Shown here: in pieces, positions 50,983 to 64,000 of the stretch | Layout of the letters: the number at the start of each line of letters is the position of its first letter | Position numbering within the stretch: position 1 is the first letter of the stretch | Source: Octopus sinensis | Lineage: Eukaryota | NCBI RefSeq assembly: GCF_006345805.1 | Contig: NC_043018.1 | Location: 16,120,001 to 16,184,000, forward strand | DNA length: 64,000 nt | Direction of reading: 5' to 3' | Program-made: the position numbers and the translations under genes | Notes under the pieces: generated by a model | Seen by the model: only the letters and a program-made list of their open reading frames with translations | What the model was told of the DNA's origin: nothing | Databases searched by the model: none

Positions 50983-51734
50983 CACACACACACACAGTGT
51001 ATTCAGTACTCTTATCTCTCCACATCCAAAGTATTGAATGCACCAATTGACCAGTTCCCAGCTGATTGGTGCAGTCAGTGATCACATGGCATTGCCACAG
51101 GTACAGGTAACAACAACAGCAGCAACTAAAAGTGCCGACTGATTAAGGCCAATCCCACGACATATACGATTACAGGTGATGATGGTGAAACAATTTACAT
51201 CTTATGCATTTTTTTTTTTGTTACTGTGGCCATGCTGGTGCAGCACCTTGAGTTTTTAGCCGGGCAAATCGACCCCAAGACTATTTCTTCAGCCTAGTAC
51301 TTATTCTATCAGTCTCTTTTCGACAAACTTCCAAGTTACAGGGATGCAAACACACCAACACCGACTGTCAAGCAGTGATGGTGGGACAAATACACACACA
51401 CACACACAGACGACAGGCTTCTTTCAAATTCTATCAACCAAATCCATTCACAAAGCTTTGGTCAGTCGAAAGCTATAGCAGAAGACACTTGCTTAACACA
51501 GCCATTTTTATTATTTTTTCTAAAGCTATATTTACGCCTTGTGTAAATTGAGTACTCTACCTGTCCCTACACCTACATATCAAGTTTGAAAACAAAAAAA
51601 TTAAGAACAAAAGGCATGATGGTCGCTACTGGAGCATGTCTGATGCGTCTGGGATTTATGCAGAATGCATTGTTCATGCTCAACACACAAAACACTGAAC
51701 AATTTGATCCACTGAAGCAGAAATCTGGGAGAAA

Positions 51735-51907
51735 GAAACAGGCGAGAGAGAGGAGAGAGGAGAGAGAGAGAAAGAGAGAAAGAGAGAGAGAAGAGAGAGA
51801 AAGAGAGAGAGAAGAGAGAGAAAGAGAGAGAGAGAGAAGAGAGAGAGAAGAGAGAGAGAGAGAAGAGAGAGAAGAGAGAGAGAAGAGAGAGAGAAGAGAG
51901 AGAGAGA

Positions 51908-51941
<34 letters not shown>

Positions 51942-52130
51942 AGAGAGAGAGAGGAGAGAGAAGAGAGAGAGAGAGAGAAGAGAGGACAGAGAGAGGAGAG
52001 AGAAGAGAGGACAGAGAGAGGAGAGAGAAGAGAGGACAGAGAGAGGAGAGAGAAGAGAGAAGAGAGAGAAGAGAGAAGGAAGAGAGAAGAGAGAGATAAA
52101 GAAAAGAAGAGAAAAGCGTGGAGAAGAAAC
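51735..52130. repeat. About 400-bp near-pure polypurine (GA/GAA/GGA) microsatellite tract
   Basis: Almost only A and G on the + strand. Confidence 0.95.
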
Positions 52131-55100
52131 ATACATAAGGAGAGGAGTGGAGGGGGGGGGAGAAAGCGCAACTTTAATTAAAATATAGATTGCGGAAGAT
52201 ATTAATTAAAAAAAAAGCAAGCTTAGACTTAATGGAGATCAAACCAAACGACCACCAGTCTGATATAATAGGAAGGACACAGTAAATATGGCCATTGTTT
52301 AAAAAGAAAAAAAGAAACGGAACACATCCAAATCGTTTCATTCTAATTGCTCAAGTTCTATTATATATAATATAATGGTGGATCTTTGTCAACCTACATT
52401 ACTTGTTTTTTTTTTCTAGCACGAATTATTGTGTAACCGCAGCCAACGTCGGTGGGTTATTGTGCTCGAGAGACACATGGATCCACATGTGGGTTGTTTA
52501 GCAATCCAGCAGCCTGCTTTGTTTGTTTGTTGTTATATAAACGGCAGAGAGAGAGATAAGCCCATTGCTTCGGATTAAAACACACACAGCTGAGGGCAAA
52601 TGAACTCTCTCTCAAAGAACACGCACTTTTAGAATAGGGCAGGACTCCTCTTCGAATAAAAAAGCTTAACATTATAGGCGCAGGAGTGGCTGTGTGGTGA
52701 GTAGCTTGCTAACCAACCACATGGTTCCGGGTTCAGTCCCACTGCGTGACATCTTGGGCAAGTGTCTTCTGCTATAGCCCCGGGCCGACCAATGCCTTGT
52801 GAGTGGATTTGGTAGACGGAAACTGAAAGAAGCCTGTCGTATATATGTATATATATATATATGTGTGTGTGTGTTTGTGTCTGTCCCCCTATCATTGCTT
52901 GACAACCGATGCTGGTGTGTTTACGTCCCCGTCACTTAGCGGTTCGGAAAAAGAGACCGATAGAATAAGTACTGGGCTTACAAAGAATAAGTCCCGGGGT
53001 CGATTTGCTCGACTAAAGGCGGTGCTCCAGCATGGCCGCAGTCAAATGACTGAAACAAGAAAAAGAGAAAGAGAAAAAAAGAGAATCTCGTAGCAAACTA
53101 AGAGAACAAGACCAGTCCTCTGTACCATCTTAAAGCATGGACACACTGACACACTAAAAAGTGCCTAAGTGCATCTCGAGCGTAAGGGCTTTTTTTTTTT
53201 GGTTAATTAGCTGAAAAGCTTTCGATGGGGTAGATTCCTTGTGCTGATAAATTTTTTTGAAAAAATTTTCTTTTGGCAAACGTAAAGAATGTGGACCACA
53301 CTCTTCGTTTTTTCCTACGTATTTCGCAAAAAAAAAAAATTACTGAAAAAAATTAAAATCGAAAAATTGGTGAGGAATTAAAATTTTAAAATGCCGTTTT
53401 TGGGGGGATTGCAAAATCTCCGCAGGAAAGAAAAATAGCAGAATTTGGGTTTTGCATTTTTTTTTTTAATATTCCTGTTCCATACAACAGAAATACTATT
53501 TCTGAAAGACCTTGTTTGTTTTCCTTGAAAAAAAAAAAAAAAAGATTAAATTTTTTTTCATAGGTGTGGCTGTGTGCATAGTTCCGGGTTTATTATACCC
53601 ACTACGTGGAACCTTCGGCAAGTGTCTTATTGCCTCGGGCCGACCAAGGACTTGGGAGTGGATTTGATAGGTGGGAGCTGAAAGGAGTTTTATTGTATCT
53701 TTGTGTCTGGTACCCCAACTCTCGCTTGACAATCGGTGGTGGTGTGTTTACGTTCCCTTGATTTGGCAGTTCGGATAAAGTGAACGCTAGAATAAATACC
53801 AAGCTTTAAAAAAAAAATAATAATAATAAAGTTCAAGGTAAGTGCTCCAGCATGGCCGCAATCTAACGACTGACGAAAGGGAAAGATTTTTTTTCCCTTC
53901 TAATCACATTTTCATGTCTTTTTCTTCCTTGTGAAGTACAAGACTTCGAAACAGTTATTCCAAATACTCTGCCACTAAATTGATTTCTAAAAAAACTGCC
54001 AAAGGTGACAACCACCACCGAAACTAAACACAAAAACGTTAGCAAGCAAGCGATATTAGAGTTCGCGTCTCAGCAGAGGACCTTTTAATTATTTTTATTT
54101 CGTTCTTGGACTAATTGACCATAATTTTAGAGTAAGGAACATCAACGGTTAATACACATCTAGGACTTCAGAGGGGAGGAGAAAGAAAAGCAGTAGAGTA
54201 AACCAGATAAGATTTTAATTCAGTTAAGAGGCACTTAATCAGATACAAGCATTGTGTTTGGCATTAAGCCATTAATTTCTATAAGAGGCTGTTACGTACA
54301 AACCAGACCATTATATATGGCGAGCTTACCATTCCGACGATCGACTATATCTAAGTTTAGTGTCGACTGTCTGAAGGCAATCGATACTATCAACTTGCCT
54401 CAAGACTTTCAGCATTCTAAGGCAGAAAGAGGGGCAAGGCACCGACTCAACCGAAATATAATATACACAGATCTTTAACAAATGTATATTAAATTAGTCT
54501 TTTTTCTTTGGTACTACTCCTCTGCGATACAAGTACCTTTTTCTTTAATATATTTTGGTGGCGAATGCCGATATTTTATATATTATGTATTACAGACGGG
54601 TATGAGAGCAGAGTAAGGTTTATTGCATGGAGAGAAAAAATATATCGGTGGAGTATATTACTGCAAATAAAATATATATCTTTTGTACAGATGTTCACAT
54701 CTTTACAAAAATTACATCCGTAAAGCAAATGCTTGTCCCTAAATGCATTAAAAATACAATAAAATACTAATATAACCTGAAAACGATTTCAGGTAATTAT
54801 CTCCGTTGTCTCTGAATGTATCAAAGGCAAATTTAGATACGGCAGAGATAAGGTAAATTTTAATTTTTCAATTCTGCAGAATTATATTTGGTAAAAAAAA
54901 AATTTTTTTTAAACTCATGCACCGCAATTAGATCAGGAATGCTGCAGAAATTTTTATTATAACGACTTTCTTTCGTTTTTGGTTATGTCAGATGAAAGAG
55001 AATCATATGAAATTAATAAAATATCAGCCTAAATATCTTCTCAACAGCTTTTTTTCACGATCTGCTTGAATGGCTCTCTTCCTGATATAATTGCGCACCA

Positions 55101-55845
55101 TGCAGTGGAAGAGACGAAAGTATTGAAACTAGACATTAATTATTAATTTTTGCCACAATTTAGATTTATCACTTTTTTTCGAAATTATCAAATTAGTGTG
55201 AGAAAGAAGAACGAATTGGGTCAAAGTTGAAAAAATCGTTACACAACTACTGTGCCGATCAATTTTTACCCCCCAAAGATAATGCAAGAGTACAAAATAG
55301 TGATGCGAAACTTGCAATGGTTTGAGAAGATAACGAGAGAGGAATGAGAAATGATTCCTTTTGCCATTAACCAAGTTCTATGAAGCATTTGTGAGTGTGT
55401 AGGAAGATCACCGATTGACACGTGGTCCAAAAGAACCGACCTTTTTCGACTGATTCGATTCATTGTTGCTTAAAATAATAATTGATCCTTAGTTTTTTTC
55501 CGAAATCCTAAACAAAAGTGAAAAAATATCTAAATACGATATTTTAACAGATTCAAAAGGTTTCCATATCGAAAGCAGGAATTAATAAGACTTTTTTCTT
55601 CCCCGCCAACCATTGATGGTTGGTTGGTGGTATGTGGATGCGACGGAATGAATAATGATAAAATAAATCTTTCAACTTCAAATATATTTTTAATTTAACA
55701 AGGAAAATTAAGAACCATTTTTAATAGAAGTAATTCTTTTCTCTTAAAATTCTTTTTCTAATAAAACAAAGTGAAGTAAATGTAGGATTTATTTCGTAAC
55801 GATTATCTTCACGTTACGTACAGCATTACACAGAACAGAGCTTAC

Positions 55846-57423
55846 CTAATTGCATCTCAATCGATTCACCACTAAATTAACTAAATTGGTTATTATAGTT
55901 TCCCCCCTACTATTCTACAAAAGGTTCATAATTTTCATAATTTTCAATAGAAATCGACACGAAACAGAACTAAACTATCCCACGGCAACTTCGCGCCATT
56001 TTATTCACCGCACAATGAAATGAATCTTTCCTCAAGTGAAGCGGCTTATGGAAAATTTCGCTTTTCCGGTTAATTTTCCATCTGGCCCAACATGCTGTGA
56101 ATGCTCGAAGTGTGGAATTATGTCTGGAAACGGTACAAGTATATCAAATAGTCAAACAAACATTCTTCCCAATATCCATAACGATAGAGATTCTGTGGTA
56201 CTTGGGACCACGTTTTAAACACCAACGTCTAAGAAGATTCTCAACCGCAAAAAAATATGTGTATAAAAATTAATTAAAATAGGGGGAAAGGACGAAAGAA
56301 TGGTATTAAAAGAAAGTAGTATAAATAAATAAAGGAATGTAAGAAATAAATAAGATGATTCTACCTTGTTATATGTGAGTGTGAAGCAATTATTTGCGTG
56401 GTCTGTGTGGACGATCAGAGAGCGAGATGTGATGTCTTTGAAAGAAGACAGCAAACTGAAGCACATGGATTTGCAGAAAAATAATTATGGGATGGCATAT
56501 TCAGGTATCACGAAAAACCTGGCGGGAGCGCCTAAAACGGTTGGATGTTTTTCACATCTTTTATTCGTAGCTAATTATTCTTTACTTTGATTAACAATAT
56601 ATTCATTTAGTTTCATTATGTGACATTTAAATAAAGAAAATTCGCGGGAAATAAAATAGTGCTTATCTTTTATTATTAACGATTTCGATTAATTAATTAT
56701 TATTATATTCTCTTTTGTTGTGTGTGTGTGTAAATTTTTTTTTTATTACATAAGACAGGTTGTATATAATTATATCGTATCTTTACACAAATACCAAGAT
56801 TTTAAAAATCATTTCTTTAAAATATTTGCCGCAAAATCTTTTCGTTTCTCGAGTAGCCGGATGCCTTTGAAAATGTGCCGCTTACCGAAAAAAAAAAAAT
56901 TACAAAGCTGGAAAGAACCAGTCTGGATTCTGTGCCATGTGTAACAGTCGTATACGCAGACACGCGAAAACATGTGGCCTTTTAAAGGCGTTCCAGACGT
57001 GATCATCCCGTCTCTCAAAAGCTTTCGAGCGACACCATCCCATCTTTTTTGTTGTTTTTAATCATTCCAATCGTAACCTTCCCGCGTTCCAAATTTGACC
57101 ATCTCTGCTACCTTACTATATTTTAAGACGCATTAGTTTAGGAAAATAACAAAAACTGGAATGGTCGCGAATGTATTTGTGAAAGAAGGAGTTAGAGTTA
57201 GGGTTAGGGTTAGGATTTGGGGAGCAAAATAAGTAATTTCTGATTTCTCGTTATTTTTTCCTCTCCCTGTTTGAAACTATTACAATTGCAGGTTTTGCAT
57301 CGCCCTTTTGAAACGTTAACATCGCCTTTCGGCTGTTGAAGCTGGGAGAATCTGAAACGTAGTCAAGGGCAGTGGAGGCAACTATTCTACGGCCGGATGA
57401 CCTTACCGTCGCCAAACCTCACC
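55846..57423 (-). promoter_or_regulatory. Candidate promoter / non-coding first-exon region of CTPS (possibly bidirectional)
   Basis: CpG-richer region; YY1-like CGCCATTTT at 55994-56002; ETS-like TTCCGG near 56065; minus-strand donors AG/GTAAGC (GT at 55845) and CAG/GTGAGG (GT at 57422). Confidence 0.35.
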
Positions 57424-57577
57424 TGCTTCTAAGCAAAATATATCGCCATGGCAAGACATGTTTCTACAGAACACTAGAAACGTTGACACTCATTTACAAC
57501 AATCATAACATACAAATACGCTTCATACATGCAATACGTACGTACATACATACATACATAAAGACAGACAGACAGAG

Positions 57578-57975
57578 ATGGATTAACCATTAAGCAAAAT
57601 AAGCACGTGCTTAGGATATCAAGGGGGGCACCACAGAAATGGCAAATGGTTTACGGCACGAAAAAAATCACTTTAAACTCGCTAAAATAATATTCGGGAT
57701 GCCTTTGTCTCTACTAAGTAAAGATGCAGATGTGTTACCTAAGATTAATTTTGAGGATCTGATTCAAAGACTTTGCAATTCAAAAAAGTTGGAGGAAACT
57801 TTTCAAATATAAATTAAGTGGAAAGATACAAAAATAAACATTATTTTCCCTCTGTTTTGGTTCGTTCTGAAAACTAAAAATTTATTTTATGCTTTATTAC
57901 TTATATTTCGAATTACATAATCTTTTATGGGGGCACCAAAATCTTCTAAGTGCTTAGGGTCTTAATCCGGCCCTG
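57578..57975 (+). mobile_element. Internally deleted hAT-like DNA transposon remnant
   Basis: Right end TTAATCCGGCCCTG with partial left end GGATTAA; frameshifted LSLLSKDADVLPKINFEDLI(K)DFAIQKS resembles the hAT C-terminal dimerization domain. Confidence 0.55.
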
Positions 57976-57977
57976 TA

Positions 57978-58022
<45 letters not shown>

Positions 58023-60986
58023 GTAAAAGCAATTAAGATTCAAGTGAGTTCCGATGAATTCACATGAATGCGGTACTTAACTTAGATGCACCAGAAATCT
58101 ATATGGTATTAACCATAAAATAATGTGGGGTGATTATAAACAAGAATGGATTAGTTGTTATCTTATTTCTTGTGTATATATATATATATAATATATATAT
58201 ATATAATATATATATATTAACGATGGCTACAGACTCGTGTTCGAGTATTGCCATCGCCTGATCGAAAGTCCCACACATGCGAAGGTTACGACCAGCCATT
58301 TTTGTGAGAGGTAATTTTTTCAAGCGATACCTGTGCATGATGATCTTTTTACAGTGGGGAAAGGATTTGCACCAATCTATTCCCACTCCTTGAACATGGA
58401 CAACATAAACTCGAAAAGAAGAACTAGTCTACATTGTCGAATATTGTTAGTATCGCAGGTTTTCTCTCGGGGTTTCCCTTTTCCTGAGAGATGTGACAGC
58501 AACAGAAGGACTGCTCGTTCGCAGCGGGCCACCCGCGCGCCTTGACACTAACGCTGGTATTTTCACATTCCCGCGCATAACATACACAGGTACACATATT
58601 GTTGGGTGGCCGTTGACTGTTCATGAGCAGGTCTTATTCTTCTTTCTGCTGGGTAACTAACAACCACCCTCCTCACCAAGCAAGCTTGACGGGGTTGCCA
58701 GTTTAGTCGCCCACGACCCGACCGTGCAACAGGTTGTATTGGGTTATGACGGCTTCTTTCAGTCTGTCTACCAAATTCACTCACAAGGCTTTGGTTACCC
58801 AAGTGTCCACGCAGTGAAACTGAATCTCGAACTATGTGGTTGGGAAGCAAGCTTCTTACCACTCAGCCACGCCTGCAATAATCTATTAAAGCCTAAATAT
58901 TATGCAGAGGTTGTAGCTCTTTCTAGCAGATTGACTGTCCACATGGAGGGTTCTTCGTATGTCGCTAATTGTTGTTGCTGTCGCGCCAGATCATTTCTGA
59001 TCCAGCAAGCTTGGATCAGAATAGTAATAATAGGAACAGCAACAACTATAATAATGGTTTAAATTTTGGCGGGAAGCCAGCAATTTCTGGAGAGCAGGCA
59101 AGTCGATTACATCAACCTCAATGCCCAACTAATACTTATTTTATCGACTCCGAAAGGATGAAAGGCAAGCATTTTGCCTGATGATTAAGCCAGCTCGCCG
59201 CCTTAATAAATCATCATCATCGTTATTATAATATAAGGCGATGAGCTGGCAAAATCGTTACCCACCCGGACGAAATGCTTTGCGCTATTTCGTCTGTCAT
59301 CGTGTTCTGAGTTCAAATACCGCCGGGATCGACTTTACCTTTCATCCTTTAGGGATCGACTTTACCTTTCATCCTTTCGGGATCGATAAATTGAGTACCA
59401 ATTACACACTAGGGTCGATGTAATCAACTGGTCCCCTCCCCAAAAATGTCAGACTTTGAGCCTATTGTAGAAAGGATTATTATTATTATTATAATGATAA
59501 AAATTGTCACCAGATTTTTTTGTTTGTTTGTGTTTTTTTTCATTTCATGACTGTTTATTGCCCAAAACCCCTGTAATTTCGAATTCTTTCATTTACACCA
59601 GTCAAATCACAGCAAAATACGTTAGTTGTAACATGCATTTAATTATAAGATCCTGAGTACCAGTCACACACACATACACATAGGTAAGTACAGAGACACA
59701 CATACATACACAAGTACAGAGGCACAAGTACACACATACATATAAATATCCACAAACACACAAAACATGTACAAACACACACATGATCTACATACACACC
59801 CACCCACACTGGGCGATAAAACACATCATCAAGGAAAATAGAGCTTGTTCAAAACCCAGAGTACCAAAACTTAGTTAATTCTATCTCAGTCTGGTCTTTT
59901 ACCATCTTGACCTAACAAATTGGTAACTCATTTAAACAAAGGGCTACCGTTTCCTCAAGGAAAATAAATGAGATTTCTGACGTTCAGGCTTTTCTGAAAA
60001 TTTAAAAAGTATCAAAGAAAATATTTGTCAATCACTAAATTCCTTATATTTATATTGACAATCAGAATTATCTCCCCTGGGCTAGGAAATTCGCTAATTT
60101 CAACTCAGAACGTTGACTCGGAAATTGCACCGCATACGGCAGAAAAAACTTCCACATTTTATACCTACGTTACAGCAGCGCTAATAAAGTTAGCTAAATG
60201 GTATTGGTACTGTCGTGTAGCTAATGTTTTACTGTTTTGGGAGTAGTGGCTATGATATTTTAGATTGTTGCATATTTTGCGTTTATTGTTGGAAGAGTTA
60301 ATATGACTGGTGAATCTGACTTTTTTTTTGCCGCACCCAGTATAACGGATAATGTATTATTTGAAATAGGGAGAAATTTACAAACGTGATTCGAGAGCAG
60401 ACAGATTCCTGCATCTCCCTTATTTGATAATTGCTTCCTAACTACATGGTTCTAGGTTCAGTCCCATAGCGTGGCACCTTAGGCAAATGTCCTCTACTTT
60501 AACATCGGGCCGACCAAAGCCTTGAGGGGATCTGGTAGACGGAAACTGAAAGAACCCCGTCGTTTATATATATATATATATATACATGTATGTGTATATT
60601 ATATATATATATGTGTGTGTTGTGTGTGTGTATGTGTATATACATATATATATATATATGTATGTCTGGCCCCGTGTCGGTGGCACGTAAAAGCACCATC
60701 CGTTCGTGTCCGTTGCCAGCATCGCCTGGCCCCGTGCTGGTGACACGTAAAAGCACCATCCGTTCGTGGCGTTTGCCAGCTCGTCTGGCACCTGTGCAGG
60801 TGGCACGTAAAAAAGCACCCACTACATTCACGGAGTGGTTGGCGTTAGGAAGGGCATCCAGCCGTAGAAACACTGCCAGATCTGACTGGGCCTGACGAAG
60901 CCTTCCAGCTTCACAGACCCCAGTTGAACCGTCCAACCCATGCTAGCATGGAAAGCGGACGCTAAATGATGATGATGATGATGATG

Positions 60987-61023
<37 letters not shown>

Positions 61024-61109
61024 TATATATAAAACTTTGATAGGTTTCGGCCAGTATATGCCCAGGCTATATCTGACTTAATACCACCACCTGGTGAAGT
61101 CTTTTAGTC

Positions 61110-61560
61110 ATATATGGAGCACCATAGCCTACTCTAACAAGGAGTTTTTATTGTTGGAGACACATCCAAGTGTAGGAGGTTGGTCTGGGATTCTTTGAAG
61201 GAAATTGTCCAGTGAACATTTGAATTTTATGGGATCTGTTTCCGTTTTCACGTATTTTGGTATGGTATTAAAGAGAGCTGGAACGGTTGAGGTAAAGTAG
61301 TTGTGACGTAATGTTGCTATGTGTACGGAGTTCAATTTTTGTAGTGGGCGGATAGCATGGAGGCCAAGTCTTGGATGGATTTTAAAATTGATGCCAACAT
61401 CATTTGTGCAATATTGATGGAAAATTTTCCACATAACACAACTGATGTAGCGCTCCAGGTGGCGTTGGAGAGAGTAGAGATTGAGTTATTTTTAGTTGAC
61501 CCCATAGTCAATGCCTCTCATACCATCTATCTTTCTTGTTATTGACTTCTGGAATGCTTC
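61110..61560 (-). mobile_element. CR1-like LINE ORF2 C-terminal fragment
   Basis: LNLYSLQRHLERY...WKI...PALFNTIP...FKCSLDNFLQRIPDQP...NSLLE. Confidence 0.75.
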
Positions 61561-61967
61561 TACTTTCATAATGAGTTGCTTCATATAGGGGGGGGGGGGC
61601 AGTTGGCAACAGTATTCAAGATGGGGTTGGCAGAAGTAGAGTAGAGAGGGATGATGGTATAGGCATATATATATATCCAGATATAAAAAGCCATGCCAAA
61701 ACTGATCTCACCTGTGCTGGTGCCACATAAAAAGCACCTAGTCCACACTGTGAAGTGGTTGGCATTTGGAAGGGCATCCAGATGTAAAAACCATGTGAAA
61801 ACAGACACAGTGGCCTACAGTAGTCTTCTATCAGGCCAGCTCCATCAAACCGTCCCATCCATGCCTGCATGGAAGACAGACATTAAATGATGATGATGAT
61901 GTCTACATCACCATGGCATACCAGCAAATGTTTTTCTTTTACCTTATTTGTGTATAATCATAAACAG

Positions 61968-62068
61968 GTGAGTCAGTTTGCATCTGATTTGACTCAAAAA
62001 TGTGATGTTGATAAGCCACAAAAAAATAGCAATACATCGATGCCTATCACTCCTGAATGGGACTTGGG
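61968..62068 (+). CDS. Putative internal exon of an unidentified plus-strand gene (VSQFASDLTQKCDVDKPQKNSNTSMPITPEWDLG)
   Basis: Polypyrimidine tract plus cag acceptor; GG/GTGAGT donor; only one open frame, ending in phase 2. Confidence 0.5.
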
Positions 62069-62639
62069 GTGAGTTGTCTCACCTGTCCACGATTTTCAAA
62101 TATTCTTATACCCAGCACCTTGAAGGAGTCCTCTCCACCATGCTACACCACAGCCTACAGGCAAACATGCATAGTGCTTATACACTGGGTGTGTGTGGTC
62201 TAAAATATGTATGTGTGTATACATATACATACATACACACAATGTGTGAGTGTGTGTTAGGGATGTTTTCTTTGGACAAACAACAGTTAGGTGCTGCCTA
62301 ATGTCTATAAGTATAAATGGTAATTGAAATAAAAAAGAAAATTCCAAATTTATTTTTTATAAAAATTCTAATTTTTAATGCATCAAAGTCAAAGTATAAT
62401 ACATGATTGATTGATTTTTGATGAACACAATTTCTTTCTTATTTGCAACATCTATACACACACACACATATATTTATATATACACGTATATCCATAGACA
62501 TCCATCCATACATACATACATATAAATATAAATATATATATATATATATGTATGTATGTATGTATGTGTGTGTGTGTGTGTGTGTGGTTTACAGATACGT
62601 ATGTATAGAAATTCATATCTGTATGTATGTATGTATGTC

Positions 62640-62804
62640 CAGGGTGTTCATAAATTATCTTTACAACTTCCACAATTTGTTATGGACTTCATTACCTGCA
62701 ACCAATGGAATCCGTGAGGAAATGTTCTCATGTATCTAATAAAACTTTATTTCTTTGCCTACGATTTCCAGTCAACTCTGTAAAGATAATTTATGGACAC
62801 CCTG
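62640..62804. mobile_element. Tc1/mariner-type MITE
   Basis: 26-bp TIRs CAGGGTGTTCATAAATTATCTTTACA / TGTAAAGATAATTTATGGACACCCTG. Confidence 0.75.
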
Positions 62805-63238
62805 TGTATGTATGTGTGTGTGTGTGTTAATACATGACATTAGTAAACCCAATGTTTTGTAAGTGAAACTCCAAAAATGCAATAAATATTCTTCTCTACT
62901 CTAGGCACAAGGCCCAAAATTTTTAGGGGAAAGGGGCCAGTCAATTAAATCGACTCCAGTGCACAACTGGTACTTAATTTATCGACCCCGAAAGGATGAA
63001 AGGCAAAGTCGACCTTGGCGGAATTTGAACTCAGAACGTAAAGACAAGACAAAATACCACTAAGCATTTCACCCGGTGTGCTAACGTTTCTGCCAGCTCG
63101 CTGCCTTAAAATGCAATAAATATTGTTATCATTAAAGACTGAATAATGTCTGCCTTTGGTCGGTGTCATCAGAGCCTGAAGAGCATGGGTGTGTATTCAT
63201 ATGTGTCTGCTTGCCTTCGTTTCCGCATTTCTTTTCAG

Positions 63239-63302
63239 TGATGTCAACAACGTTCCATATAAACAGTTCGGTGGTATGATGCGCAAAGACCAGCAGAATA
63301 AA
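63239..63302 (+). CDS. Putative next exon of the same unidentified gene (DVNNVPYKQFGGMMRKDQQNK)
   Basis: catttcttttcag acceptor; AAA/GTACGT donor; the only open frame begins in phase 2, matching the 61968-62068 exon. Confidence 0.55.
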
Positions 63303-64000
63303 GTACGTTATTTTTAGAATACAAGTACGAACCAAGATGGCATTAGGGAAGTAGGAAAGAGGGAGGGAGGGAGGGAGGACAGGCAAGCAGGGTCTCCAGC
63401 CATAGAATACAGTCTTTGACAAGTCTCGTGCAACCCATGCCAGCATGGTAAAAGAATTAAAAGCAACGATGAGGATGATGATGATGATGATGATCATGAT
63501 GATGGTTTGTGGTGGTAGTGGGAAATAGTTATATGTGTGTTTGTGAATGCGTGTGTAATGCATTTGTAAGGAAATACACAAAAAAAAAAAAGTAAATATG
63601 CACAAGATCAATTGTAGTACTATTGCTGTAATATACCTATTATATTAATCTAATATATCTATCTATATCTATATAATATATAGATATATACTATCCTCTT
63701 TACTCATTTAATTGTTTCAGTCAGTTGACTGCGGCCATGCTGGAGCACGCCTTTAAAGCAAGCAACTCGACCCGCCGTACTTATTCTATCGGTCTCTTTT
63801 GCCGAACCACTAAGTAACAAGGACGTAAACACACCAGCATCGGTTGTCAAGCAATGCTAGGGGGACAAACACAGACACACAACACATATATACATTATAC
63901 GACGGGCTTCTTTCAGTTTCCGTCTACCAATCCCTCACAAGGCTTTGGTCGGCCTGAAGCTATGTAGAAGACACTTGCCCAGGTGCTACGCAGTGGGACT

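Noticed and set aside
51573-52188. 187-200 aa ORFs rich in R/E or S/L
   Set aside because: They are translations of a GA microsatellite
55419-55424. CACGTG E-box as a possible Myc site for CTPS
   Set aside because: A single hexamer that also occurs many times elsewhere in the window, including inside repeats
57192-57215. TTAGGG telomere-like run
   Set aside because: Only four units, two of them degenerate; too short to indicate a fusion or healing site
58099-58386. ORF containing MAGRNLRMCGTFDQAMAILEHES and a minus-strand donor CAG/GTATCG at 58331
   Set aside because: It ends in an (AT)n tract and has no recognisable family; it is kept only as a weaker exon-1 alternative

Overview
Repeat-rich eukaryotic genomic DNA, very probably an octopus (inferred from the SINE families and the density of (AT)n/(GT)n/(CAT)n microsatellites). 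The main content is a complete CTP synthase gene on the minus strand: 15 coding exons from ATG at 39847 to TAA at 4309, 1908 bp, 635 aa, all introns GT-AG and phase-consistent, with the GATase Cys and His-x-Glu triad intact and an unusual (K/R/T)xNGI(I/P/L) hexapeptide-repeat C-terminal tail. Its non-coding first exon is not located with certainty; candidates lie in a CpG-richer region at about 55.8-57.5 kb. Two paralogous box C/D snoRNA candidates with the same D-prime guide lie on the CTPS strand (28663-28737 and 42395-42464). The introns hold many SINEs, TTAA-flanked MITEs, Helitron-like elements, CR1/RTE/mariner remnants, a solo LTR, and a foldback element carrying two decayed minimal hammerhead-ribozyme motifs. 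A 35 x 54-bp satellite arose by amplification of an RTE ORF2 coding segment, and an 8 x 86-bp array arose from a MITE end. Two phase-compatible plus-strand exons (61968-62068, 63239-63302) suggest an unidentified gene arranged head-to-head with CTPS. No CRISPR arrays, rRNA genes or true tRNA genes were seen. Repeat boundaries are read by eye and are approximate unless a TSD or TIR is cited.
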